Source: Pseudomonadota bacterium (GTDB taxonomy: Bacteria > UBA10199 > 2-02-FULL-44-16 > JAAZCA01). Taken from it: a DNA stretch of 13,496 bases. A program made the position numbers and the translations under genes. Each line of letters begins with the position of its first letter. Within the stretch, counting starts at the first letter, position 1. The notes beneath the pieces were generated by a model that had not been told where the DNA came from, searched no databases, and worked only from the letters and a program-made list of their open reading frames with translations. Shown in pieces: positions 1-8,600 of the stretch. The stretch spans positions 1 to 13,496 of the forward strand of contig JBDRBN010000094.1 of the NCBI GenBank assembly GCA_043822785.1, written 5' to 3'.

Positions 1-117
1 ATCAAGGGCATTCACAAAGGCGTCATAGGCCCTGACAGGATTGTCTTCACTGACATAGTCTTCAATGCTTTGAGGAAGCAATCCCATCTGATAACGATCT
101 CCGCATCGATATGCCAT
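1..117 (-). CDS. IS1182-family transposase, N-terminal fragment (runs off the left edge)
   Basis: Manual translation from ATG at 117: MAYRCGDRYQMGLLPQSIEDYVSEDNPVRAYDAFVNALD. This matches the 'R.Q..LLP.S.EDYV.EDNPVR..DAFV..LD' N-terminus typical of IS1182-family DDE transposases. SD-like AAGGAG lies just upstream. Not in the ORF track. Confidence 0.85.
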   Translation of the reverse strand, partial: MAYRCGDRYQMGLLPQSIEDYVSEDNPVRAYDAFVNALD

Positions 118-140
118 AACCTTGCTCCTTTCGGAAAAAA

Positions 141-149
141 ACTATAGCA
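141..149 (-). promoter_or_regulatory. Possible extended -10 promoter for the transposase
   Basis: TGCTATAGT (TGn-TATAGT) on the minus strand, about 25 nt upstream of the ATG and upstream of the SD. Confidence 0.4.
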
Positions 150-225
150 TATCATTAATATATTGAAGCATTGCTTTCCACTGCCCTCTCATATTTTTTT
201 GTCAAAGAACTTTGAACCCTCCCCT

Positions 226-241
226 ATTGCGACACAGTCTC
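226..241 (-). repeat. 16-bp putative IS terminal inverted repeat
   Basis: ATTGCGACACAGTCTC is the exact reverse complement of 13386-13401. The match extends inward to 25/26 nt (216-241 vs 13386-13411). Confidence 0.8.
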
Positions 242-265
242 CAAAGGGGGAGGGTAGATATCAAT

Positions 266-2005
266 ATGGCCGACGAAATTTTACAACCAGCAGAACCAGC
301 ACAAAGCATACCCTTCTCAGACAAGTGGGGACTTGGGGCAAGCTGCGGCCTGCGCATTCCCATATCCACATCCATCTCAGAAGGCGGGTTTGGAGGAGTG
401 TGCTCGGTTGGGTTTAGAATAGCAGATACACTAAACGATATATATGTGCTTCAAGCCGAACTGCCGTTTGGCACTACCACGCTAAAATTATTCCCAACAA
501 CGGATTCAGAAGGCACAACTGCACAGCACAGCCACTTTGCAATAAAGGCAGGGTTCGGCCGTATGAGCCGAGGACCTGTATATTTTGGCGACGAAGGAGA
601 CTATCGAGTCGGCCTCATAACAGGAAGCATTCCCATGATCGGCTGGGGCTCATCCACTATCTCACAACCAGACCGTACGCTAGAGGGCGAGACCTACTCT
701 TTTGAAGATACATCGAGCAATACCGTAGATATCGGAACTAATTACCTGCTCATGGGCGAGTTCAGGCCCTGGGGCCGCGGGCCTTCGTTTATGCTAGGTC
801 CGCAGTTTAGGTATGGCCTGCAGTACGATGACGAAGGTTCTGATTTCAATCGCATCAAGCTCGAGATGGGAATCATGCTTGATATCGGCTATGGCGACGC
901 GAGCTTTCAAAGCGGAAAGGAAACAGACGTTGAAATCGGAGCACTGGGAATCACCCAAGGCCTATATGCAATGGGGCATAGTTTTCTGCAGCGTGCAATG
1001 TTTGACAAAACTATTACGCAACCTATGGAAGCACTAGACGAATATGGCCTCTTAGGCAATGAAGGCGCCACTGATAGAGGGAGCATGGCTGACGTACCTT
1101 TTCTATCTGGCGCATCTGCACTCATGGGAGGCGCTGACAGCTCTGCCACAACCCAGCTCAAAGCCGGCAAGGCGTGGTTTTGGATATTTGAATGTGCCAG
1201 GGCAGGAGGCAATGCCCTGCTTCTTGCCACCGGCAGCACCCAGGCTCAGGCAGGAGGATTTGCCGGCCTTTCGAACGCGACAAAGCTCATAGCCTATCCC
1301 ATCGCCGGCATTGAAGCGCCTGATAAGCGCCTGTCTCTTGAACCTAACGATGTAGAGCAGCGTGAGATGATTATCGACCTGGTAGCCTATGGAGTGAATA
1401 CGGCTGCCATGCTCATAGGTGCAGCTGCGGCAAGCGATATGGTAATGCTGGGGGCCGGCCAAGCCAACAACACCGTTGCCATGAGCCCAGATCCCCTTGA
1501 TCGCAACATGGTAGAGAGAACCGACTATGGCTACATCCCCTACTCTTTCTACTCGGGCAGCGAAGGCAGCGGAAACAGGGCCGGCATCGTCATACACAAC
1601 AGCTGGCACGACTTTCCTCTTGAAAACTTTCAGCTATATTCCTCTGTAGATTTTCTCTCGCCCATGATGACGTTTGGCAATATCGGAACAACCGCTTCTC
1701 AAGACGAGCCATACACGGATGTCATGCTCCCAACCGATGTAGGAGCAGGCCTTGGGCTGGAATGGAAGACCACATGGACCAGGCTCTACTTTGGCGCAAA
1801 GACCATTGGCATATTCGGTGGCAATGACGATGCAAAGGTGGCGATGGGCGGGCAGGCTGGTTTTGATTTGGTATTGCCGTTCAACGGCGAGGAAGATGGA
1901 TCTGGAATAGTTGTTGGCGCAAGCGGTACGGCAGCCGTGGAACTTCCGTCTGGCTCAAAAAAACTAGAGTTCGCGCCTTGGACAGGCGCTTCGCTTCATT
2001 TTTAG
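266..2005 (+). CDS. Hypothetical protein (~579 aa) with beta-strand-rich N- and C-terminal regions, possibly an outer-membrane beta-barrel protein
   Basis: Long ORF. ATG at 266 is preferred because the track start (TTG 212) lies inside the IS end; GGAGG at 249-253. Alternating Gly/aromatic/hydrophobic strands, terminal Phe (…APWTGASLHF) and a central Ala/Gly-rich hydrophobic region. No recognisable family. Confidence 0.7.
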   Translation: MADEILQPAEPAQSIPFSDKWGLGASCGLRIPISTSISEGGFGGVCSVGFRIADTLNDIYVLQAELPFGTTTLKLFPTTDSEGTTAQHSHFAIKAGFGRMSRGPVYFGDEGDYRVGLITGSIPMIGWGSSTISQPDRTLEGETYSFEDTSSNTVDIGTNYLLMGEFRPWGRGPSFMLGPQFRYGLQYDDEGSDFNRIKLEMGIMLDIGYGDASFQSGKETDVEIGALGITQGLYAMGHSFLQRAMFDKTITQPMEALDEYGLLGNEGATDRGSMADVPFLSGASALMGGADSSATTQLKAGKAWFWIFECARAGGNALLLATGSTQAQAGGFAGLSNATKLIAYPIAGIEAPDKRLSLEPNDVEQREMIIDLVAYGVNTAAMLIGAAAASDMVMLGAGQANNTVAMSPDPLDRNMVERTDYGYIPYSFYSGSEGSGNRAGIVIHNSWHDFPLENFQLYSSVDFLSPMMTFGNIGTTASQDEPYTDVMLPTDVGAGLGLEWKTTWTRLYFGAKTIGIFGGNDDAKVAMGGQAGFDLVLPFNGEEDGSGIVVGASGTAAVELPSGSKKLEFAPWTGASLHF

Positions 2006-2556
2006 TCATCCCTATACAGCGCCTTTGTAATTATATAAACCGCAATTTCCGTCTCTACCAAATTCTTATAAGGAAGGCCCATGCGTATACGGCCCCTTAT
2101 ATCTGTTGAACTCACATTTGGTATTGGCGATCCTTTGCCCCTTGGAATTCTAATGATGTCGATAAGCTGCTTTATTCTCTCAAAGCTTTGCCAGTTCTCA
2201 AACTCAGACTCTATATCGCCGCCGGTTATCAGGCTGAATTCAACACCCGGGTTTTGTTTTATCAAGTGCTCAATGGTCCTTAGCGTCCAGCTCTTGCCGC
2301 CAAGCGCCTGCTCGATATCCAAAACTCTTAGCGGCACGCGCAGCTTAGACAAGGCCAGCTTGCACATCTCAAGGCGGTGCTCAAACGGCGCCAGTCTTTT
2401 ATCAAAGGGATGAATAAAACAGGGGATCACCCATACCTCGTCGGCTATGTCCCTATCGATAAGCCACTTGCAGATTGCCGTGTGGCCGATATGTGGTGGA
2501 TTAAACGAGCCACCAAAAAGGGCAACCCTGTTTCTTTTCTTGGTTTTTATGATCAC
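2002..2556 (-). CDS. nadD: Nicotinate-nucleotide adenylyltransferase
   Basis: GGSFNPPHIGH (HxGH) motif, 'HRLEMCKLA', 'SWTLRTIEHL', 'GGD…F.NW' and C-terminal SSTDIR. GTG at 2556 chosen for the upstream AAGGGGGG; alternative TTG start at 2571. Confidence 0.93.
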   Translation of the reverse strand: MIIKTKKRNRVALFGGSFNPPHIGHTAICKWLIDRDIADEVWVIPCFIHPFDKRLAPFEHRLEMCKLALSKLRVPLRVLDIEQALGGKSWTLRTIEHLIKQNPGVEFSLITGGDIESEFENWQSFERIKQLIDIIRIPRGKGSPIPNVSSTDIRGRIRMGLPYKNLVETEIAVYIITKALYRDD

Positions 2557-2604
2557 GAGCCCCCCTTGCAAAAGAACATTTTATCATTAATATATCACAC
2601 ACGT

Positions 2605-3384
2605 ATGGAACTCAACCGCGTTCTGATAGTGATCAAGACTAAAAAACCCCGAGCCCGCAGCGCTTCTACCCTTAAGAGCGTAATTAGCGATCTTAAATAT
2701 TTCGGCGTAGCCTATCATGTGGAGGCCCGTGACCGCATAAAGAAAGCCTATGCAACAGATCTTATTATTCCAATAGGAGGCGACGGCACTTTTTTGGCTG
2801 CATCTCATATTGCAGGCAATGTGCCGCTTTTAGGCATAAATCCTGATCCTACACGCTCTGTGGGTTTTTTCTGCGGGGCCGTGAAAAGCACGTTTCGCAA
2901 GATCCTTCTGGATATAATCTCTGATAAGCGAAAGCCCATTGAAGTACCGCTCATCCAAACAAAGATCAACGGCCGCACGCTTCCTATTCTTGCACTAAAT
3001 GATGTGCTGTTTGCAGGCAGCACTCCTGCTGAAACAGCTCGATATCAAATCATAATAGGCCGCACACGCGAGCAGCAAAAGAGCTCTGGCGTGTGGATTT
3101 CAGCAGGTCCTGGATCTACGGCAGCCATTAATTCTGCTGGAGCAAAGCCTCTTGGAATATCCTCGAGAAAATTACAATATCTGGTTAGAGAACCATGCCC
3201 CCTGCCCGATCGCAAATATAAACTCTTGCATGATGTTCTAAAGCAAGGGAGCCGCATATGCATCCGATCATCTATGAGAGACGGATTTGTGTATATCGAT
3301 GGCCACTGGCACGCATATCCTGTGCCGCGTGGAGCAAGGATTAGCTGCAAAGTCTTTTCGCAAACCTTAAAATTATTTGTCTAG
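2605..3384 (+). CDS. nadK: NAD(+)/NADH kinase
   Basis: GGDGT signature, LND motif and Gly-rich 'QKSSGVWISAGPGSTAA..SAG'. Start moved to ATG 2605 because the track start (2377) overlaps nadD on the opposite strand. Confidence 0.88.
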   Translation: MELNRVLIVIKTKKPRARSASTLKSVISDLKYFGVAYHVEARDRIKKAYATDLIIPIGGDGTFLAASHIAGNVPLLGINPDPTRSVGFFCGAVKSTFRKILLDIISDKRKPIEVPLIQTKINGRTLPILALNDVLFAGSTPAETARYQIIIGRTREQQKSSGVWISAGPGSTAAINSAGAKPLGISSRKLQYLVREPCPLPDRKYKLLHDVLKQGSRICIRSSMRDGFVYIDGHWHAYPVPRGARISCKVFSQTLKLFV

Positions 3385-4578
3385 ATCACCTGAAGTCAGT
3401 TCTCTTGGAATGGTTTGGATGCTATCTACGGCGGGCACATCTGCATCCGGGCTGCGGGTTGCGCCAAGCTCTTTTAACGTGCGCGCGCCGGGAATCACGC
3501 GCGACTCCCACGACGCCACTGCCTTGTTGTAATTTGAGAGTGCGCTCTCAAGGCCTTTGCCCACATTGCCCAGGTGCTTTGCAAACGTTACACAGCGGTC
3601 AAAGAGATCTTTGCCGGCCTCGGATATGAGTTGAGAGTTTTGTGCAAGCTGCTCTTGCTGCCAGCCCATGGCAACAGACCGAAGCATAACAATGAGTGTG
3701 GTGGGAGTTGCAAGAACCACGCGGCTTTGCATGCCATCTTCAATGAGGTCGCGATCCTGCTCGAGCGCCGCAGAAAAAAACGACTCGCCTGGCAAGAATA
3801 GCACTACAAAATCAGGAGTCGGATCAAACTGTGCCCAGTAGTTTTTTTGGCCAAGCGCCTTCATATGCTCGCGCACGGCTTTTGAATGGGCTACGAGGTG
3901 TGCACGGCGATGAGTTTCGTCGCCGGCCTCTGTTGCCTTCATATATTCTGAAAGCGGCACCTTGGCATCTACGATAACGGATCTGCCGCGCGGAAGCCTT
4001 ACTACAAGATCTGGTCTTAGCCTGCCCTCTTCTGAATCTACCGAGTGCTGCGTGTCAAAATCGCAATACTGCGACATGCCTGCCACCTCGACCACTCGCT
4101 CTAGCGTAACCTCGCCCCACCTGCCGCGAGCAGTTGGGGATTTGAGCGCAGACACAAGCGCAACGGTCTCGCGAGAAAGCTCCTCATGGCCTTTCTTGAG
4201 CATGTCGAGAACGCTCTCAAGCCCGCCGTATGCCTTTTCGCGCTTTCGCTCTATATCGCGCAACGCCTCTTCATATCGCGCAAGCGCATCTTTTAACGGA
4301 CGCACGTGCTCGCCGATCTTGGGCTCGGCCTGTTTTAGGAATTCGTCGCGGCTTTCGCGCATGACTTCAGAGGAGATGCCCTTGAATGTCATCTGCATGT
4401 TGGAGATGGCTTTTTCAAAATCCTCACGTTGGCGATTAACGGTGGTTTCGGCATCTGCCAAGCGCGCTTGGGCCAAAGAGCGTTCTGCCCGCCATTTGCT
4501 TATTTTAACGAAATGCCATGCCAAGATCAGCAGAGCCCCAGCCAACAGACCTATAATGAAGGGAACTACAAAAGACAT
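3373..4578 (-). CDS. rmuC: DNA recombination protein RmuC
   Basis: N-terminal TM helix and coiled coil, 'RGRWGEVTLERVVEVAGM', 'RPDLVVRLP…VDAKVPL' (PD-(D/E)xK), 'PDFVVLFLPGESFF', 'ATPTTL'. ATG 4578 preferred over TTG 4614. Confidence 0.93.
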   Translation of the reverse strand: MSFVVPFIIGLLAGALLILAWHFVKISKWRAERSLAQARLADAETTVNRQREDFEKAISNMQMTFKGISSEVMRESRDEFLKQAEPKIGEHVRPLKDALARYEEALRDIERKREKAYGGLESVLDMLKKGHEELSRETVALVSALKSPTARGRWGEVTLERVVEVAGMSQYCDFDTQHSVDSEEGRLRPDLVVRLPRGRSVIVDAKVPLSEYMKATEAGDETHRRAHLVAHSKAVREHMKALGQKNYWAQFDPTPDFVVLFLPGESFFSAALEQDRDLIEDGMQSRVVLATPTTLIVMLRSVAMGWQQEQLAQNSQLISEAGKDLFDRCVTFAKHLGNVGKGLESALSNYNKAVASWESRVIPGARTLKELGATRSPDADVPAVDSIQTIPRELTSGDLDK

Positions 4579-4627
4579 AGATGCTATGTAGGCTGACGCA
4601 CGTTCATAGATCAAGCCTTTTCCACAC

Positions 4628-4693
4628 TACCAATAGGAAGCTGATTCCTACTGGTAAGTTGATATACCAGTAGGAATCAGCTTCCTATTGGTA
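4628..4693. repeat. REPIN-like perfect inverted pair of 29-bp palindromic units downstream of the RAYT gene
   Basis: TACCAATAGGAAGCTGATTCCTACTGGTA (4628-4656), 8-nt spacer, then its exact reverse complement (4665-4693). Each unit is itself an imperfect hairpin. Confidence 0.9.
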
Positions 4694-4705
4694 TTCAGTC
4701 GTCTT

Positions 4706-5365
4706 TTATAGGTTTTTTTTCTTAATCAATCTTGAAATTGAAAAGATAATCTTGCGATATGCCGCTTCATATCGCCTTGAGCCTTCGCGACTCCAGCTCT
4801 CAAATATGTAGAAATCATCCTCCTCCGCAATCTCAATACCCTGAACCATCGATCTATAGGCCATTTTTCGTTCCTCATCACAATCGCCCAAAAGAAAAAA
4901 CGAGGGATGATCCGTAAGAAGTTCGTTTGTAACTCTATAAGCATAGTGACGAAAACCACTCCAGGGCCATTCCAACGGACTTTTCACAATTCCAGCAGCA
5001 ACCGGATTTTTATCGATATAACGCATGCAAGCCAGCGCATAATAATCATCGCTTATCACTTTACACTTATATTTATGCCGCCAAAGGTGACCGCATCTGC
5101 CATGTTTACGGTTGAAAGAATGCGAGTATGAAAGGCATAAATCATGCATAAACTGGTCTATCAGACCGCCACCATCAGTCGCAATCATCATGTGCACATG
5201 AGATGGCATGATCACATAATTGAACAGCTTGCATTTATGGATTTCAATGTAATGCTTTAGACACTGTAAAAACTTCTTACAATCGCGGTCTTTTACCAGC
5301 AGCCTCTCGCGGTTGTTACATCGAGCAATAACGTGATAATGAATGCCATGTTCTCTGATTCGCAT
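4706..5365 (-). CDS. REP-associated tyrosine transposase (RAYT/TnpA-REP-like; Y1 HUH, IS200/IS605 superfamily)
   Basis: 'YHVIARCNNR', HUH motif 'YVIMPSHVHM', 'GHLW..KY', catalytic-Tyr region 'RYIDKNPVAAGIV..P.EWPWS'. SD AGGGAG upstream; flanked on both sides by palindromic repeats. Confidence 0.9.
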   Translation of the reverse strand: MRIREHGIHYHVIARCNNRERLLVKDRDCKKFLQCLKHYIEIHKCKLFNYVIMPSHVHMMIATDGGGLIDQFMHDLCLSYSHSFNRKHGRCGHLWRHKYKCKVISDDYYALACMRYIDKNPVAAGIVKSPLEWPWSGFRHYAYRVTNELLTDHPSFFLLGDCDEERKMAYRSMVQGIEIAEEDDFYIFESWSREGSRRYEAAYRKIIFSISRLIKKKNL

Positions 5366-5390
5366 CTTTTCTCCCTATTAAGGAGCATAA

Positions 5391-5406
5391 TGCAAATATT
5401 AGACCA
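5391..5406 (-). promoter_or_regulatory. Putative sigma54 (-24/-12) promoter of the RAYT gene
   Basis: TGGTCTAATATTTGCA has GG-N10-GC spacing and TTGCA at -12. It predicts a start near 5380, just upstream of the SD. Confidence 0.5.
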
Positions 5407-5422
5407 ACATATTATATATTCA

Positions 5423-5435
5423 TTTCAAGGAGTTA
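5423..5435. promoter_or_regulatory. Possible IHF site
   Basis: TTTCAAGGAGTTA has one mismatch to WATCAANNNNTTR, sits in an AT-rich tract, and lies about 45-55 nt upstream of the predicted sigma54 start. Confidence 0.3.
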
Positions 5436-5479
5436 AAAATCAACAGGTGCATGATTTTCGTCACAAGTGCATCGATATC

Positions 5480-5565
5480 AACCAGTAGGAAGCTGATTCT
5501 TATTGGTAGGGGCACATACCAGTAGGAAGCTGATTGTTATTGGTAGGTGATACCAGAAACTGGTA
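5480..5565. repeat. Tandem copies of the RAYT-associated 29-bp palindrome plus a short derivative
   Basis: AACCAGTAGGAAGCTGATTCTTATTGGTA (5480-5508), 8-nt spacer, TACCAGTAGGAAGCTGATTGTTATTGGTA (5517-5545), then TACCAGAAACTGGTA (5551-5565). Confidence 0.88.
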
Positions 5566-5634
5566 GATAGTTATTGGTTGGAGGTAATCGTGAGGCCGGC
5601 GGGCGTTCACATGGCAAGGGTTTTTAGTGAAAGG

Positions 5635-8600
5635 TTATACACCTCTCAGCTGTACCAAATCATAAGTTTTAGGATTTCTTTGGAAGGCTTTAAGTCCGCT
5701 CAGAAGTGTCTTGTGTCTTCTTACGATCTCGTCTTGTGCGCCAAACTTGTTTTCAAGTCCTTTCAATAAGTTTTCATAATTACCAATAAACTCATTGAAG
5801 TCGCTCTTCGCTTGTTCACTCGGTTGTCCTTGCCGGGCTGCGGCCTTGTATGTTTGTGCCTTTCCAAAGATGTAATCTTCAGTGTACAGCATAGTGAAGT
5901 CAGTCTTATACTCGGCATCTGCTATAGTACGTTCTGATGAGCCGGGAATAAATTGATCTGGAGCCGTAGTCATAACTTCAAGCTTTCTACCATGATGAAT
6001 ATGATCTTTTCGGATGAGGTCTAGTTCCGATGCCTTGCTATACAAACCTGATTCTCGATATTTGTTCTGAATAGAAAATAAAGCGGTGGCTTCTTTTTTA
6101 TACTCGGCAACTTTTTCTTCAGCATCTTTTTCTGCTGCGCTCACATCCCCACCTCCATACTGACGTATAGATGCTAACTTCTTCAACGCCTCGTGGGCTG
6201 CGAGCTGTTTTTCTTTGACTGCGCTCAGCACTTGACCTCTTGTGCTGTCTAAAGCCCTTTCCTGTTCGATCAAACCACCTCCGGTAACATCCGCCCCCTG
6301 GATAAAGCTTGTTGCATCATCTTGTGAAGGCGGGGTAACCGGATCACTGGAAGCTTTCCCTGATGGGGAGTTTGGCTCTGGTGGTGTGGCGGCTGCTGAT
6401 TTGCTGGCGTCATCAACAGCTGGAGGTGTAGGAGGAGGTTCTTTCTTGCCTTTCTCGTCAAAATTAGCATGCTGCGCAGGTGAGTCCGAAGCAGGTTTCT
6501 CTGCGTATTCGAATTCACGATACCACCTGCAAACATTCCCTTTTCCTACTCTATTGGAAAACATTAATTTTTCGAAATATACAGGAACGCTGTAATTGGA
6601 TATGCTCAATGATCCAATGGCATCAGCAAAATCGCTCGACGTCATCCATGATGGGAGTTTTATCGCTTTATCAAAAGTAACCCTTTTCGTGTCCTCGTGT
6701 CCCTTGACCTTCGCTGCTACGACTTCATTCAGCTTTGCATATACCTCTTCTTTGTTCTTGGCGCTGCTGAGATCGATCTCCTCAGTTACATGCAGCCCTT
6801 CGACATCAGATGCACTCAGAACTGACGGATCAAGAGAGATGCCTGGCTTATCCTTTAATTCTCTAAGCGCCTTCAGGCGAGCCTTGCTTGCCAATATCAC
6901 AGCTCTTATGGGTAAGAACGCTTTGCGACCGTCTGGCAAGACTTCGACATCCCCATACTTAGCCTGCACTGCCTCTAGTTCTTTTATATCCTGCTCATAT
7001 TGAGCAATATATTTTTCAGCTTTTGAAATCATATCCTTTTTTTCATTTTTGTCTGTTTTGGAATTTGTCATTGTCGCTTGAAATTTCTTTGCAAACTCAG
7101 CGACACTCTTGTGGGAATACTTCTTATAGAAGCTATTAATTGCACTTTTTGCTGCTAAATAACTTGTGTTGCTCGGAATTTCGCCAGAGATGTTCTTCAC
7201 TTTTGAACCCTGACCGTAGAACTCGATTTTTGCAGGCTTGTTGGCTTCCGCAAGTTTTATTTTGATACGCTCCCATCCTTCAGCTGTGATCTTGCCTTTA
7301 GGAAGTTTGATTTCGCCGTCAAAAATTATTTTCGTGGGATTTCTGGTTTGCTCGCGCTGGGCCACGATTCTGCGGTTGAGCTCATTGAATACAGCATCCT
7401 CTGCATCCTGCGCGTTCGCATAAGTCGCATAGCCCATGTCCACGTTATCAGTAATCTTTATCTCGCGCGACACATCCCGATGCAGGGCATCCTTTAATGC
7501 ATTGAAAGGCTTTCCGTCTGTTGAGAGCTTTTGACCGTTGAATGTGATGGCGCAGTCCTTGGGCAGCTGAAGAAGTATATTGTTAAACGTCTGATCCTTC
7601 TCAGTGCTCTCACTGCCTACTGCCTTCCATACTGCATCACATTTATCATTTTCGCATGTAATGTTGAGGACATTGCTGTCGGCATCATAGTTATATACGA
7701 GTTTGCCGCGGCCGCTTTCAGCCATTTCTTCTTCAAAATAAGAGCGTACGGCATTTATGCGATCTGTGCGCTGTCCCTTATCAAGATCATTGAATCTCGT
7801 AACCCTGGAATCGTATTCGTCATGCGCCGCACGAAGATCGCCCATATAACCTGTGACATTGTCCGAGCGTTTTACATCAAAGCTGTCGCCACCGCGGTCA
7901 AGATACAGGCGGCCGTCGATAAGCTGAGCGCCTTTGATTTCTGGGGCTTCTTTATCACCTTTCTTATAAAACCACTTTCCATCGCTTGGACTATAGTAAA
8001 TGTAGGTAGTGCCGTCCGAACTTGGCTTTATTGAACGGGCTATCTCTTGGGACTTTGGTCCAGAAGGAATTGCGAATGTATAGCGACTAAGTACTGTGGG
8101 CTTAGAGTCGGGATGCACATGCACTCCTGCCGGTGTAAGCGGTATGTAGTCGCTTTGGCCGCCCACTGTGATCTCGGCAGTCGCGCCTGGCGCAGCGCTG
8201 GTTTCTGCGATTGGGTTTGTGCCATTGGCGTCGCGATACCACTTCTTATCTTTATAATAGACTGAATCACCTACTTTTAGACTGCCTGTTCCATTTACCT
8301 CAGTGATGTCAAATTTCTTAAATCCGTTGGCAACAGGCGTTGATTGCTTGAGCTTATAGGTAACCCTTTCGCCGCTTGCCGTATCGTTTACAAGCTGCTC
8401 TGCCTCGGCAGGTTTCATGCCGCTTATATGCTCTGCATGCCACTTGCCAAAGTTCCTGGTCCAGGCCTGTTTCTGCTCTTCGATGGTTAGGCCCTTTGGT
8501 TTTTTGTCTTCGCCTATCTCCGGCTCTGTGAATTTCTTGCTGGGCAGGGCCTTCATTATGCGATCGAACTTTTTGGGATTACCATCTGCAGCTTTCTCAG

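Larger units (their letters stand above)
1..241 (-). mobile_element. Left end of an IS1182-like insertion sequence (partial)
   Basis: Transposase start at 117. Putative terminus GAGACTGTGTCGCAAT (241-226, minus) is identical to 13386-13401 (plus), and the 24-bp block 187-210 is identical in reverse complement to 13426-13449. Confidence 0.75.

Noticed and set aside
2377..2604. 76-aa N-terminal extension of the NAD kinase
   Set aside because: It lies antisense to the conserved nadD N-terminus, and the kinase domain starts after ATG 2605.
2536..2646. Similar N-terminal peptides in divergent nadD (IIKTKK) and the kinase (VIKTKK), suggesting an inverted duplication
   Set aside because: The codons differ at most synonymous positions and the match is short and Lys-rich; likely coincidence.
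3962..4591. Long antisense ORFs (e.g. 3962-4591, 1103-1609, 9354-9791, 12842-13354)
   Set aside because: They are shadows of well-supported genes on the opposite strand, with no motifs of their own.
5480..5565. Possible mini CRISPR array (29-nt palindromic direct repeats)
   Set aside because: Spacers are only 8 and 5 nt, the same unit occurs inverted on the other side of a RAYT gene, and no cas genes are present. REP-like repeats explain it better.
5590..5610. GC-rich hairpin after the 1167-aa gene as an intrinsic terminator
   Set aside because: The stem is weak and interrupted and has no U-tract on the minus strand.
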